Both the position numbers and the translations under genes were made by a program. This document shows, piece by piece, positions 12,229-23,413 of a stretch of 64,000 nucleotides of DNA (position 1 is its first letter; each line of letters starts with the position of its first letter). The DNA comes from Octopus bimaculoides (lineage: Eukaryota). Below the pieces are notes generated by a model. That model did not search any database, was not told the DNA's origin, and worked only from the letters and a program-made list of their open reading frames with translations. The stretch lies in the NCBI RefSeq assembly GCF_001194135.2, contig NC_069003.1, forward strand, positions 22,446,075-22,510,074, read 5' to 3'.

Positions 12229-12619
12229 CAGAAGTTCCCAACATCAGCAATACTTCCCCCAAGAATTAGGGGACAGTGAGGTTACATAATTAACATATTA
12301 GATTTTACCTATAGCAGTAATTATATGTGATAAAACTAGTAATGATTATTAAAATGAAATGAGATCTCGTCAGGCAGACAGAATTCATTAACTTGCAAAG
12401 TATAAAGTAAATTTACAACTTGTGTCTTTATTAATCTTTTTATCATTTCTTTGTTAAAAGCTTATACAATCCATTTTTAGAGTAAAATTTATAAATTATC
12501 ACCCATTATAAATTAGTTTAGTCATGATACCTCACTAGCCACATAAGTGTGTGCTAGGCATAAGAATTACTTAAGGGGTGGGGTAGGGCTCTACAAAGAA
12601 GAAAGGTTAAGAACCACTG
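12229..12619. mobile_element. hAT-type MITE, older
   Basis: CAGAAGTTCCCAAC / GGTTAAGAACCACTG; flanks AGTTAAAC / GGCTAAAC. Confidence 0.55.
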
Positions 12620-13036
12620 GGCTAAACAAACCCTTGAAGGTGGTACCCCCCGCTGGGCTGCAGCTACTGCCAACTGACAAAGCCCCCCATAGAAGAATAT
12701 ACTTATGCTATCATAGTTATTGTGCAATAAAATAATAATAATAATAATAATATTTTCTAAGTGAAGCACATGGTTACACATTTTGAGATAGTCTGATCAA
12801 ATTAATTATCCCTCTTTTAATTCCTAATTTTATTGAATTTCATAACATGAATCAGTCTAAATATAGCACTACCAAAATTGTCTCTGGTAGTGATTGAACT
12901 CGAAACACTACTGTCAGTAATAATAATAATGGTATGACAGGCTCTCTGTGCAGTCTAAAGTAGTGGCCAGATCTCTTGCTGGCCTGGGTTTAAATAATAA
13001 TAATAATAAAGCATGCTGTTTTATTCCTCATTTTAG

Positions 13037-13164
13037 GTAATGTCTTGTATCAAACTAAGTAAAGAAGACACATCATCTGCCAGCAGAATATTCCTCAAAA
13101 TCCTATTCCAAGAGCTTTCAGAATATATGGGTTTGCCGAAATTGAATTACAGATTTAAAGATCC
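13037..13164 (+). CDS. CWC22: CWC22 exon ([43 protein letters not shown])
   Basis: TTTTAG/GTGAGT, phase 0/2; SRIF.KI.FQEL.EYMGL motif. Confidence 0.96.
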
Positions 13165-13862
13165 GTGAGTAAATTTTTCTTTTAATTAAAGATTTTGCTT
13201 GAAGTTTAATATAATGTAACAAAATGCTCTCCTATTTGTAGATTGTATATCTCTGTAACTACTCCCCTAACCATCAGTCCATTACTATACAGTGATTTCC
13301 TGTGTCAAAGGTAATAAAGGGAAAGGATAGTGAAAAGGCTAGTTAATGAATGTTTTGTTAGCTTGGTGTGCTGGTTTCAATTCTTGCTCTGGATATTGTT
13401 TAGTCAGAAACTCTCTGTCGACACACAACACAAAGTTGTGGGTAGGTTATGAGTTGTGAACCATTGTTTCTTGTTCTGACATTTATGTCTTACTACCTGC
13501 TTTTGATCTCCTTCCTTTACTGTTCATTAGTATCATAACAAACCAACAAACAAGGCTCTGCATGCTGGCTCCTCTTGCTAAAATAGCAGCTAAATCATAC
13601 ACTCAATTCACACCATATCATCTGAAAAGGAAAGACGTTTAGTTATGTAATCCAAGATACACAACTAAAATAAGAAAAGTAAACAAGTTGATTGCAGTTG
13701 GCCTTTTTTCATATCTTCTGGATCAAAACTAAACTGACATCCAACAACAACAGTATATGTTCTGTTAAACAAAGCAGTACAATCCATCTCTCTCTCTTTT
13801 TTTTTTTTTAGCCAGATTTTGATGTCTACAAATATCTCCTTTCTCTTTTTCTCCTCTTTCAG

Positions 13863-13964
13863 AACGTTACAGCCCTATTTTGAAGGAATAATGCCAAGAG
13901 ATGTTCTTAAGAATACGCGATTTGCTATTAATTTCTTTACAACCATTGGTCTTGGTGGTTTGAC
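13863..13964 (+). CDS. CWC22: CWC22 exon (TLQPYFEGIMPRDVLKNTRFAINFFTTIGLGGLT)
   Basis: TTTCAG/GTAAGT, phase 2/2; NTRFAINFFT.IGLGGLT motif. Confidence 0.97.
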
Positions 13965-15050
13965 GTAAGTATTTCTAAATATTAAATTTATTGTGCAACA
14001 AGAAGAAGATATTTAATCTTTGATAATTGATTTTAATTAATGACACAAGAAGTTTATCCACTTTGTGGATTTTTATTTGTTAGTCTGTTGTACATCCATT
14101 TTTTTTTTCCCATCGTTGCATATATGTTTCTTTTTTTCTTTAATGTTTCTTTATCCAATGAGGAAATTATTATTATCATCATCATTATTATTATTATTAT
14201 TATTATTATAATCATTATTACTATTATTATTCCCTTTTGTATTTGGTTTGCAAGATTCTTGATGTGAATTCATGTGTTGAGATTCAGGGCAGACTTTGAA
14301 GAAAGCGAGCATGTCGATGAAGAGGTTGCAAATAGCAACGGAAGAACTTTGACTAATAAACAACTGGTTGATTGTTTAACCATCACATTAAACAAAAGAT
14401 CAATTTGTTAGTTGGTTAGATATTTAACGAGTTGATTAACACGAAAGAAGTGATATTGAACCAGTGCATATCATGCATTTTGGGATCAATAAAATAAGTA
14501 CCAGTTGAGTACTGGGGGATTGGTGTCGTTGACTTAACTTCTCCCCCAAAATTTCAGGCCTTGTGCCTTTAGTAAAAAGGATTCTTATTATTATTAAAGC
14601 GGTGAGCTGGCAGAATCGTTAGCATGCCAGGCAAAATGCTTAATGGCATTTTGTCTGTGTTCATGTTCTGAGTTCAAATTCCACCAAAGTTGACCTTGTG
14701 TTTCATCCTTTTCGGGATTAAGAAAATAAGTACCAGTGAGACATTGCTGTTAATATAATTAGCTTAACCCCACTTTCCCAAGTGTGTTGGCCTTGTGCCA
14801 AAATGTGAAATCATTAGCTTGTCAGGTAAAATGCTTAGTGGCATTACATCTGTCTTTATGTTGTGAGTTCAAATTCCACCAAGGTCAGCTTTACCTTTCA
14901 TCCCTTCGGAGTCGATAAATTAAGTAACAGTGAAACACTAGGGTTGACATAATTGACTTGTACCATCCCCCAAATCTCAGGCCTTGTGCCTATAGTAGAA
15001 AGGATTATTATTACTGGTGTTATGATCCTCCCAAGACAAAACATTATTAT

Positions 15051-15403
15051 TCAGTAGTTTTATTTTTATAACGTGCTTTCACTTCACTACCGAGCGCAGC
15101 TCTGTGTGCCTTGGGTACGTGCTGTGGTTTGCTGTGATGCTCTTATGGTTACTGTATTGAAAGTGTTTTGCGTAGGATGTGTGCAGTGCCCAGTAGTGCA
15201 ATTTTCTGTATGTTATATATACTTGTAAGTCCTGCTGTTTTTGTTATGTATTTGTCTGAATGTTTTTTAATTATACCTAAGGCACCTACTATGATAGGAA
15301 TTGTTTCTGTTTTTAGATTCCACATTTGAGTTACCTCTATTTCCAGGTTTTTGTATTTTGAAAGTTTCTCCATTTCTTTTAGGGAAACGTTGTCATCTGC
15401 TGT
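15051..15403 (-). mobile_element. Second R4/Dong-like 3' fragment, ending ~30 nt before a CWC22 acceptor
   Basis: ORF 15149-15373 closely matches ORF 2945-3169; (TAA)n flanks. Confidence 0.8.
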
Positions 15404-15434
15404 ATTATTATTATTATTATTATTTATTTTTCAG

Positions 15435-15956
15435 TGATGACCTTCGGGAACACCTGAAGAATATGGCAAAGGTAGCTCTGCAGCAAAAGCAGCAGGAGCC
15501 TAGCATGAACTCTCCAGCATCTGGCACTGAAGACAGCTCATCGGACAGCAGCAGCGACAGCTCAGACAGTTCTTCGGACAGCAGTGGCAACAGTTCCGAC
15601 AGCAGCAGTGGCAGCTCAGACAGCACCCCTGCCGACAAAGCAGAGACAACGGTGAAGAAAAAGAAGGTTCTCACCAAGAAACGGCCTGTTGCCAAGGACA
15701 GTGCAGGAGCAAACAGCAAAACCAGCAGCAGCAGCCACAACAACAACAACAAATTGGTCACTGTCAGCAACAACATCAGCAGCAAGAAGAAAAAGAAGAA
15801 TCAGAGTAGCAGCAGTAGTAGCAGCGGCAGCAGCAGCAGTGGCAGCAGCAGTAGTAGCAGCAGCAGCAGTGAAAGTAGCAGTAGTAACAGTAGTAGTAGC
15901 AGCAGCAGTGACAGTGATGATAGCTTGAGTAGCAGCAGTAGTAATGGTAGCAGCAG
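15435..15956 (+). CDS. CWC22: CWC22 exon (DDLREHLKNM... then Ser-rich, Lys-rich and poly-Ser low complexity)
   Basis: TTTCAG/GTAAGA, phase 2/2; continues LT-DDLREHLK; inside ORF 15301-15960. Confidence 0.92.
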
Positions 15957-17202
15957 GTAAGATGGCATTGATGTTGCCGTTGTTTAACACCAGACCAGTC
16001 CTTGTGATAAAAGCTGTTCCATATGTGACCACCCCATTTGCTGTTGGTTTTTTTATTTTTTNNNNNNNNNNTTTTTAATTTTTTTTTTTTGTTTTTGTAA
16101 GCAGTAACTGGTGCTTTGTCAGTTACGATGACAGGGGTTCCAGTTGATCCGATAAACAGGGCAGTCTGCTTGTGAAATTAACATGCAAATGGCTAGGTGC
16201 TCCACAGACACATGTGTACCCTTAGCATAGTCCTCAGGGAGATTTAGTGTGACACAATGTGGCAAGGCTGGCCCATTGAATTACAAGTACTACTCATTCT
16301 TGCCAACTGAGTGGACTGGAGCAATGTGAAATAAAGTGTCTTGCCCAAGAACACAAAGTGCTGACAGGTATTGAACTCATGACCTTGTGAGCTGAATACC
16401 CTAACCACTTATCCACATGCCTTCACTAAAGCAGTAGGGTAGGATTGAAAGCAATTTGACTGCTATTTCTAGCAGGTTGGGTGACTGTAGAGAGACACTC
16501 TCTTGGTTTGAATCTACAGGTAAGATGTTGAGAAGGGCAAGAATTGATGGAATCAGTGTGAAAGACAAAATGCCTTTAATGCACCCCTTGAGGTTGGCTG
16601 GTTGGTACAACACTACCACAACAGTGAACTAGAATTCTCCCACACACACACAACATTAACACCTCTTCATTCATTACTTCGCTTTCAAACAGATGTGGCT
16701 GTGAGGTAAGGAGCTTGCCTTCCAACAGCATGGTTCCAGGTTCGGGTTCAGTCCCACTGCATGGCACTTTAGGCAGGTGTCTTCTACTATAGCCTCAGGC
16801 CAACCAAAACCTTGTGGGTGAATTTGGCAGATGGAAATGGAAAGAAGCAGATATAAATATCATCATCATTGTTTAATGTCCACTTTCTATGATGGTATGG
16901 GTTGGACAGTTTCACTGAGGACTGGCAAGCCAGCAGGCTGCACCAAGCTCCAATCTGATCTGGCAAGGTTTCTACGGCTGGATGCCTTTCTAACACTAAC
17001 CACTCCAAGTATGCAGTGGGTGCCTTTTATGTGCCACCGGCACGGGGGCCTGTCAGGTGGCACTGACATTGGCATGGCTGCAGTCTAATGACTGAAACAA
17101 GTAAAATGTGTATGTGTGTGTGTATATATATATATAATGGATAATAAAATGAATGGTAGCTTACTGGTAAATTCTCGTATCTTCCATCTTCCGTCTTTCA
17201 TT

Positions 17203-17267
<65 letters not shown>

Positions 17268-17589
17268 CCAAGTGGAACTGTAGTCATGACCATTGCCAGT
17301 GTCATGTAATTGGCACTCATGAATGCATAGTGATGACCATTACCGATGTCATGATGTAAATGGCACCTGTGCCAGTGGCATGTAAAAAAACACTCGTTAC
17401 ATTCTCTGAGTGGTTGGTATTAGGAAGGGCATCCAGCCATAGAGGCCATGCTAAATCAGACTGGAACCTGGTGCAGCTCTCTGGCTCACCGTTTCCTGTC
17501 AAGCCGTCTAACCCATGCCAGCATGGAAAGCAGACGTTAAATAATGGTGATGAGGATAAAGATATATAAATGTGTGTTGGTCAACCGAA

Positions 17590-17860
17590 TTATTTCCTCC
17601 TATATAAAGCCTATGTGCAGTTGACTTTAGTCAACCAACTCCAAGCTCTACAACTTCTACCTTACAGAAACTCTGCACATCAGCCACCCCCTCTGCTCCA
17701 GTCTCAGACAAAAATTCCAAACATGTCACCTTACACACCAAAGTTCCTGCATCAAAGCAGATCCATCCCTGATAGCTGACAGAAGCAATAGCCAACATTC
17801 AGCACCTTGACCAATTACAAGTCCAACTATATTGCCCACCATATGACCACTGAAAGACAC
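17590..17860 (+). mobile_element. Possible decayed CR1/L2-like LINE 3' fragment
   Basis: Weak similarity (LLYKAYV...; LQLLPYR) to RT C-terminal motifs; multiple frameshifts. Confidence 0.3.
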
Positions 17861-18169
17861 TCAATTCTGCCCACCACCACTACATTTCATTATTTCAGGC
17901 TCACCAATGAATACAGTTGACCTCCATGGACTGTATGAAACCTTTAGGTATGAAGAAATAATTCTGCTTACCAACCCACAGTTATAAGAGGCTCTATATG
18001 TATTGAGCACTTTGTGGTTTTGTACAAAGACACACTCAAAAACATCATATATATATATATATATATGTATATATAAATAATATATGAGTGTATGCATATA
18101 TATGTACATGTATGTACATACCTTCATCTACATGTATATATAGATGCATATCTGGGTACATGACGTTGC

Positions 18170-18308
18170 AAAAAAAACATGGACAAAATGATAAACAAGG
18201 TACAAAAAACACCCCGGCCACATAGAGAACATATCCTTCATCAGCTGCCACCATTATAACACTGGCGTTTCGAAGAGTTATATATATATATATACATACA
18301 TATATATA

Positions 18309-18362
<54 letters not shown>

Positions 18363-18545
18363 TGACCGTTGACTGAACACTATTCAATTTTTTTTCTCCG
18401 TGTTTTTCTCCTTGTCTCCGTATTCTTTCTGTTGAAGAGCGTAGCTCGAAACGTCAAAGACTTTCCGTATTCCCGAGCGTCATACTAATATATACTTTTG
18501 TTATTTACACCACCTGTCCTCGTCTGTTGTTATTATTTGTATATT
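18170..18545 (+). mobile_element. Penelope-like (PLE) terminal-repeat-derived element carrying a hammerhead-like motif
   Basis: TCTTT-CTGTTGA-A-GAGCGTAGCTC-GAAACGTC-AAAGA...TTCCCGAGCGTCA; related copy at 32200-32390; boundaries approximate. Confidence 0.6.
18424..18460 (+). ncRNA. Minimal type I hammerhead-ribozyme-like motif (variant core CUGUUGA)
   Basis: Stem I TCTTT/AAAGA, stem II GAGC/GCTC, GAAA, palindromic ACGT stem III, GUC triplet; activity untested. Confidence 0.55.
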
Positions 18546-18548
18546 CTC

Positions 18549-18595
<47 letters not shown>

Positions 18596-19262
18596 TATAT
18601 ATATATTTATTTATTTATTTGGTTAATGAGAGAAAGAAAATGGAAGATAGAATTTTTATTAATCACAACAATTGTTTTGACCCATCTAGCATTGATCGAT
18701 CACTCATGGGTGGGATACTTAACAAATGGTTCAGGAGCATCTGATGGTGCAGATGTGTCTCTTCAGGTGATAAATAGATATAACTCTGTTAAAATAACAG
18801 CTCCACAATGTATCTTCTCAGTTCTTGTGAAGAAAAGCAGCAAATTAAAGGGATATAGCTTCATTTATATAAGAAGATCAATAATAAAATAACAGATGCA
18901 AAAAAAAAAAAAGAAACAAACATGCAGTACAGTGAAAAATGTGTTAAAAATGACCATTAATGGATATGGATTTATAAACGCTCTCGCATAGGTTGTATGG
19001 CACGTGTACACTTGCTCATACAAGCATCCATTTTTACCTCTGCTTTTCATGCTAGCATGGATTGGACTAGTCATCATGGTCTGTGTCACTTATTAGTAAC
19101 TACTACTCCGCACACAAACACACAAGTATGTCTGCATTTCAGTGTGTTATATGTGTACACTCACAGTTGATCGCTCTACATTTGGCAGCAAATGTTATCT
19201 CATTTACTCACTGCTCCATCATATCATCTCTCTCTCTCTCTCTCGCTTTCTTTCTTCTACAG

Positions 19263-19381
19263 TAATGCTGGTGGGGAAGACGAACACACCGTAGACAGCT
19301 CAGAATCGTCCACAGACTCTGGTTCCTCTTCAGATTCCAGTAGCAGCAGCAGCAGCAGTGCAAGTAGCAGTTCTTCTGACA
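19263..19381 (+). CDS. CWC22: CWC22 Ser/Asp-rich exon (NAGGEDEHTVDSSESSTDSGSSSDSSSSSSSSASSSSSD)
   Basis: Pyrimidine tract + CTACAG, donor A/GTAAGT; phases 2/1 are exactly what is needed to join exon 15435-15956 to the last exon. Confidence 0.85.
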
Positions 19382-19599
19382 GTAAGTAAAAGTTTATTGA
19401 TCAGAATTACAAGTTAGTAATGGAGGGCTAATTCACACCATGGGGGAGGTTAGGTTAAACCATTTTTGTCTTAAATAGATATGGCTTTGCTAAACATATT
19501 TCCAAATTACAAGTTGGCAGGGAGTGTTGTAAACGACCCGAAAAAATATTTTGGTGCAATCATCTTGGCACTGACAGATTGGTAAATAGAGTCAGTGCT

Positions 19600-19972
19600 C
19601 CGTCGGTTACGACGACGAGGGTTCCAGTTGATCTGATCAACGGAACAGCCTGCTCGTGAAATTAACGTGCAAGTGGCTGAGCACTCCACAGACACGTGTA
19701 CCTTTAACGTAATTCTCGCGGAGATTCAGCATCACACAGAGTGTGACAAGGCTGGACCTTTGAATTATAGGTACAACAGAATCGGGAAGAAAGAGTGAGA
19801 GAAAGTTGTGGTGAAAGAGTACAGCAGGGTTCGCCACCATCCCCTGCCGGAGCCTCATGGAACTTTAGGTGTTTCGCTCAGTAAACACTCACAAGGCCCA
19901 GTCTGGTAATCGAAACCGCGATCCTACGACTGCGAGTCCACTACCCTAACCACTGGGCCATTGCGCCTCCAC
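19600..19972 (-). mobile_element. Young tRNA-derived SINE with 12-bp TSD
   Basis: TSD AGAGTCAGTGCT at 19588-19599 and 19973-19984; head with A box TGGCCCAGTGGTTAG and B-box-like GGTTTCGATTACC; CpGs intact; older relative at ~16115-16420. Confidence 0.85.
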
Positions 19973-20542
19973 AGAGTCAGTGCTATGATGTCTTAATTAG
20001 TAGATATTAGAGGGCAGCAATCTGGCAAAATCGTTAGCATGTTGGGCAAAATGTTTAGTGGCATTTCATCCGTCTTTACGTTCTGGGTTCAAATTCTGCC
20101 GATGTCAACTTTGCCTTTCATACTTTTGGGGGGGTCATTAAAATAAGTATCAGTTGATGACTGGGGTTCAATGTAATTTACTTAGAGACCCTCCCCTTAA
20201 ATTGCTGGTCTTGTGCCATAATTTGTAATCAATTAGTAGACATTAGTCAGTTGGCTGACATGAAAGCAAGAAGGATTTTTCATTGTTTTACATTAATCTC
20301 TACGTTTACATTGATTTAGATAGCTTTTGTAGATGTGTTTGTGTAGAGGTGTATGCTTATATTTTTGTAGATGTGTATGTTTGCATTGGTGTGCATGTTT
20401 GTGTATTGTTGGAATAGTTGATTTTCACTACTGGCTGTCCTTGTTCTTGCTAAAATACTCAACTGTAAGTAACATGATTATCAGATGGGTTGAGTGAAGT
20501 GAATTGGCCAGTTGAGGCAAAGTATCAGTTTGTATGGTTTAA

Positions 20543-21227
20543 CCCTTTTGATACCAACCTGCCTGAGACTAACCTAGCTTCTGTGACATAAACTTACTGT
20601 TTCAACCCTTTAGCATTCAGATCATTCTGTCAAATGTAATGCTCATTTATTCATTTTGTTTTGAATTAATAATGCATTATCTTGTAGCTTTGAGATTTTG
20701 GTGATGTGATTGTTTATTTTTAGAATGACATTATAAGGGTAGATGGCAGAGGCAGATCTGGTCAGTTTAAACATAAAACAGGTGGAATATTTTCACCAGA
20801 TATGGCTGGGTTGTTAAAGGGTTAAAATAGTCTAAATTATAATTAATCTTCCATCAAAATTTTGGGCTGATTTATTCCAGACTCCAGCTTAATAATGCGA
20901 AAGTTATTTTACTAGAGACTTCATCATCATCATCATCGTTTAACGTCCGCTTTCCATGCTAGCATGGGTTGGACGATTTGACTGAGGACTGGTGGAGCCC
21001 GAAGGCTACACCAGGCTCCAATCTGATTTGAGTTTCTACAGCTGGATGCCCTTCCTAACGCCAACCACTCCGAGAGTGTAGTGGGTGCTTTTACGTGCCA
21101 CCCGCACGAAGGCCAGTCAGGTGGTACTGGCAACGGCCACGCTCAAAATGGTGTATTTTATGTGCCACCCGCACATTATTTAAAAAATTTATTGAAACCT
21201 GTTAACAGAAATATGGTAACAAAAGGT
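20543..21227. mobile_element. piggyBac-like MITE (second family) hosting two nested insertions
   Basis: TTAACCCTTTTGATACCA ... TGGTAACAAAAGGTTTAA; partial relative from 53447. Confidence 0.65.
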
Positions 21228-21405
21228 TTAAAGCAAAACATCAGTTTCACTTTAAAGGCAGCCAGGGTGTGTTTTAGCTTCCATTTCTGTAATTCTCCCC
21301 ATTTCCTCCGATTCTTATTCCATGAAACAATCAAACACTGAACTTAATGCTATTCTAATTCGTTTTTACTTTCTTTTTTTTTTTTTTTTTTTTTTTTAAA
21401 TACAG

Positions 21406-22220
21406 CTATGAGATCTACAGCATTGGATGAGAAAAGGCGAAGAGACAACAGTGAAGTTACTACAAGTTCAGTGAACCATAAACATCGTTCTCGAGAAGAC
21501 CACAGTTCTGGGAGGGATGCCATAAATGGACTCAACCAACAGGGATACACAACTGCTGGAGGGTCACATCGCAAAGAATCTCGACTTGGGCCAAGGGAGA
21601 CCGACGAGAGAGTCACACATTTGGCTGACACTCGCGACCGAAACCATGAACGTGATCACAGACCAATGGAATGGTCGCGGAATGACAGTGCGGGTGCTCC
21701 GCTGCCTCCACCACGGAATAGCAGAAGTGGTGGCGGCGGTGGTGGTAGTGATGACGATGACGATGAAATTGATCGGTCGAGAAGGGTTCGGGGTGGGGAA
21801 AAGAGAGGAAGCCGTAGTGGTGGAGGGTACGTGGATAGGGTGGGATCATATGCTTCATCTTCCTCCAACACTGCCGATCAGTGGGACAAAAACCGAAGGG
21901 ACTGGGATCGTAGCCAAAATAGGGGCTACGAGCTAGACCGATTCGGTGACCGTGGCGACCGGACAGATCGGTACTACGACAAGGACCGCAATGGCGACCG
22001 CTCAGACCGCTACTATGACAAGGAGAGGAATGAGCGGGAGTCATATCGACGAAACAGTGATCGGGGTGATGGGAACGGTGGAAGGCGGGACCCTAGACAG
22101 AAAAGATATCGAAATGACTATGTCAATAACAACAACAACAGAAGGGACAGTTACATTCAAAAGGACCGAGTAGGACATGGGGATAGAGAAAGAACTGAAA
22201 AATACCGGAATAGGGATTAA
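21406..22220 (+). CDS. CWC22: CWC22 terminal coding exon, Arg/Asp mixed-charge tail, stop TAA
   Basis: Poly-T tract + TACAG; phase 1 puts ORF 21408-22220 in frame; RD/RS-rich like metazoan CWC22 C-termini. Confidence 0.9.
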
Positions 22221-22416
22221 AAAAGAAATGTTTTTGTGCCTGATATATATATTTTATTTTTAATTTCTTTTTTTAAAAAAAAAAGACTTTTTTTCCTATT
22301 TTTTGTTCACATTATTTTTCTTAAACCCTCTTTCCTCTTTCTGTCTGGAAACATGTTTTCGTTCTATTTTCTTCCTAATGAACTAGAAGCTGTTGTAATT
22401 AAATATGGCTAAGAAA

Positions 22417-22422
22417 AATAAA
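22417..22422 (+). promoter_or_regulatory. Candidate proximal polyadenylation signal of CWC22 (further AATAAA at 24590)
   Basis: AATAAA ~200 nt after the stop with T-rich downstream sequence; usage unknown. Confidence 0.35.
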
Positions 22423-22946
22423 ACAACAACATCAATTACATGTCAAAATATATTTTTGAAATGAATTTATTTCTGGCAAAGGTTTCAGAAAAGCTTGTAT
22501 TGTCTACCTTATATAGTTTTCTATTTTCTACAATGTGTTCTAAAGTCCTTTTCTCTTTGCTGATTGTTTCACTTCTTTTGTTACATATGAAACTATAAGA
22601 TTCTTTGTTTTAACACAGGTTTTTAATGTAGCACTCATGCTGGGACTGCTACATATGCACAAGACATAAAGGAATGGAGTATCAACCCCCTTGATAAATG
22701 TTTGTGTGTGTGTGTGTTTAAAGTTGGTGACTCATTTTGTTGCTATTCTAAGTTCTTAATTTGTGTGTTTTTAGTAAACTGATGCCTCACTAAATACACA
22801 CAAATAAGAAACGTATGACAACAGTAAATTGTTAGCTTCAACAGAATAAACTAATTTGACTCCATGTATTGAGTACTTTTTCTCCCATTTGTATACCCAG
22901 ATGAATATGTATATATTGTGTGTGGGTGCACACAGACACATATTTA

Positions 22947-23330
22947 GGTGCGGGCGTGGCTGTGTAGTAAGATGTGTGCCCCACCAACCACATGGTTTCT
23001 GGTTCAGTCTCACTTCATGTCACCTTGGGTAATTGTCTTCTACTGTGTCTTTGATCAGGCCGACCAAAGCCTTCTGAGTGGACTTAGTAGGTGGAAACTA
23101 AAAGAAACCTATCATGTGTGTGTGTGTGTGTGTTTGTTCCCCACAACCACTTGACAACCATTGTTGGTTTGTTTACATGCCCATAAATTAGGGGTTTGAT
23201 AAAAAGAGACTGATAGAAATAAGTACCAGGTTTAAAAAAATAAAAATACTAGAGGCAATTGTTTGACTAAACCCATGAAGGTGGTGCCCCAACATAACTT
23301 CAGTCTAATGACTGAAAGAAGTAAATGCGT
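22947..23330 (+). mobile_element. tRNA-derived SINE (family F) with internal (TG)n
   Basis: GGCGTGGCTGTGTxGTAAG...GGTTCAGT...CACCTTGGG...GACCAAAGCC...GAAACT..(TG)n..GAATAAGTAC...GACTGAAA; copies at ~7075, ~24870 (-), ~30820 (-), ~41141, ~52125. Confidence 0.8.
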
Positions 23331-23337
23331 GTGTATA

Positions 23338-23413
<76 letters not shown>

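Noticed and set aside
15301-15434. N-terminal part of ORF 15301-15960 as coding
   Set aside because: It is antisense retroelement plus (TAT)n; the true exon starts at the AG at 15433-15434.
15420-16032. Antisense and alternative-frame ORFs over the Ser-rich exon (also 21526-22173)
   Set aside because: Shadow frames of (AGC)n or GC-rich coding sequence.
18225-18280. Second hammerhead on the minus strand (CGAAACGCC...CTGATGAAGG)
   Set aside because: The core halves are present, but I could not build stem I or an NUH triplet in any topology.
19880-19972. tRNA gene
   Set aside because: A and B boxes belong to a SINE head with a body and a 12-bp TSD; no complete cloverleaf. The same applies to the other SINE heads.
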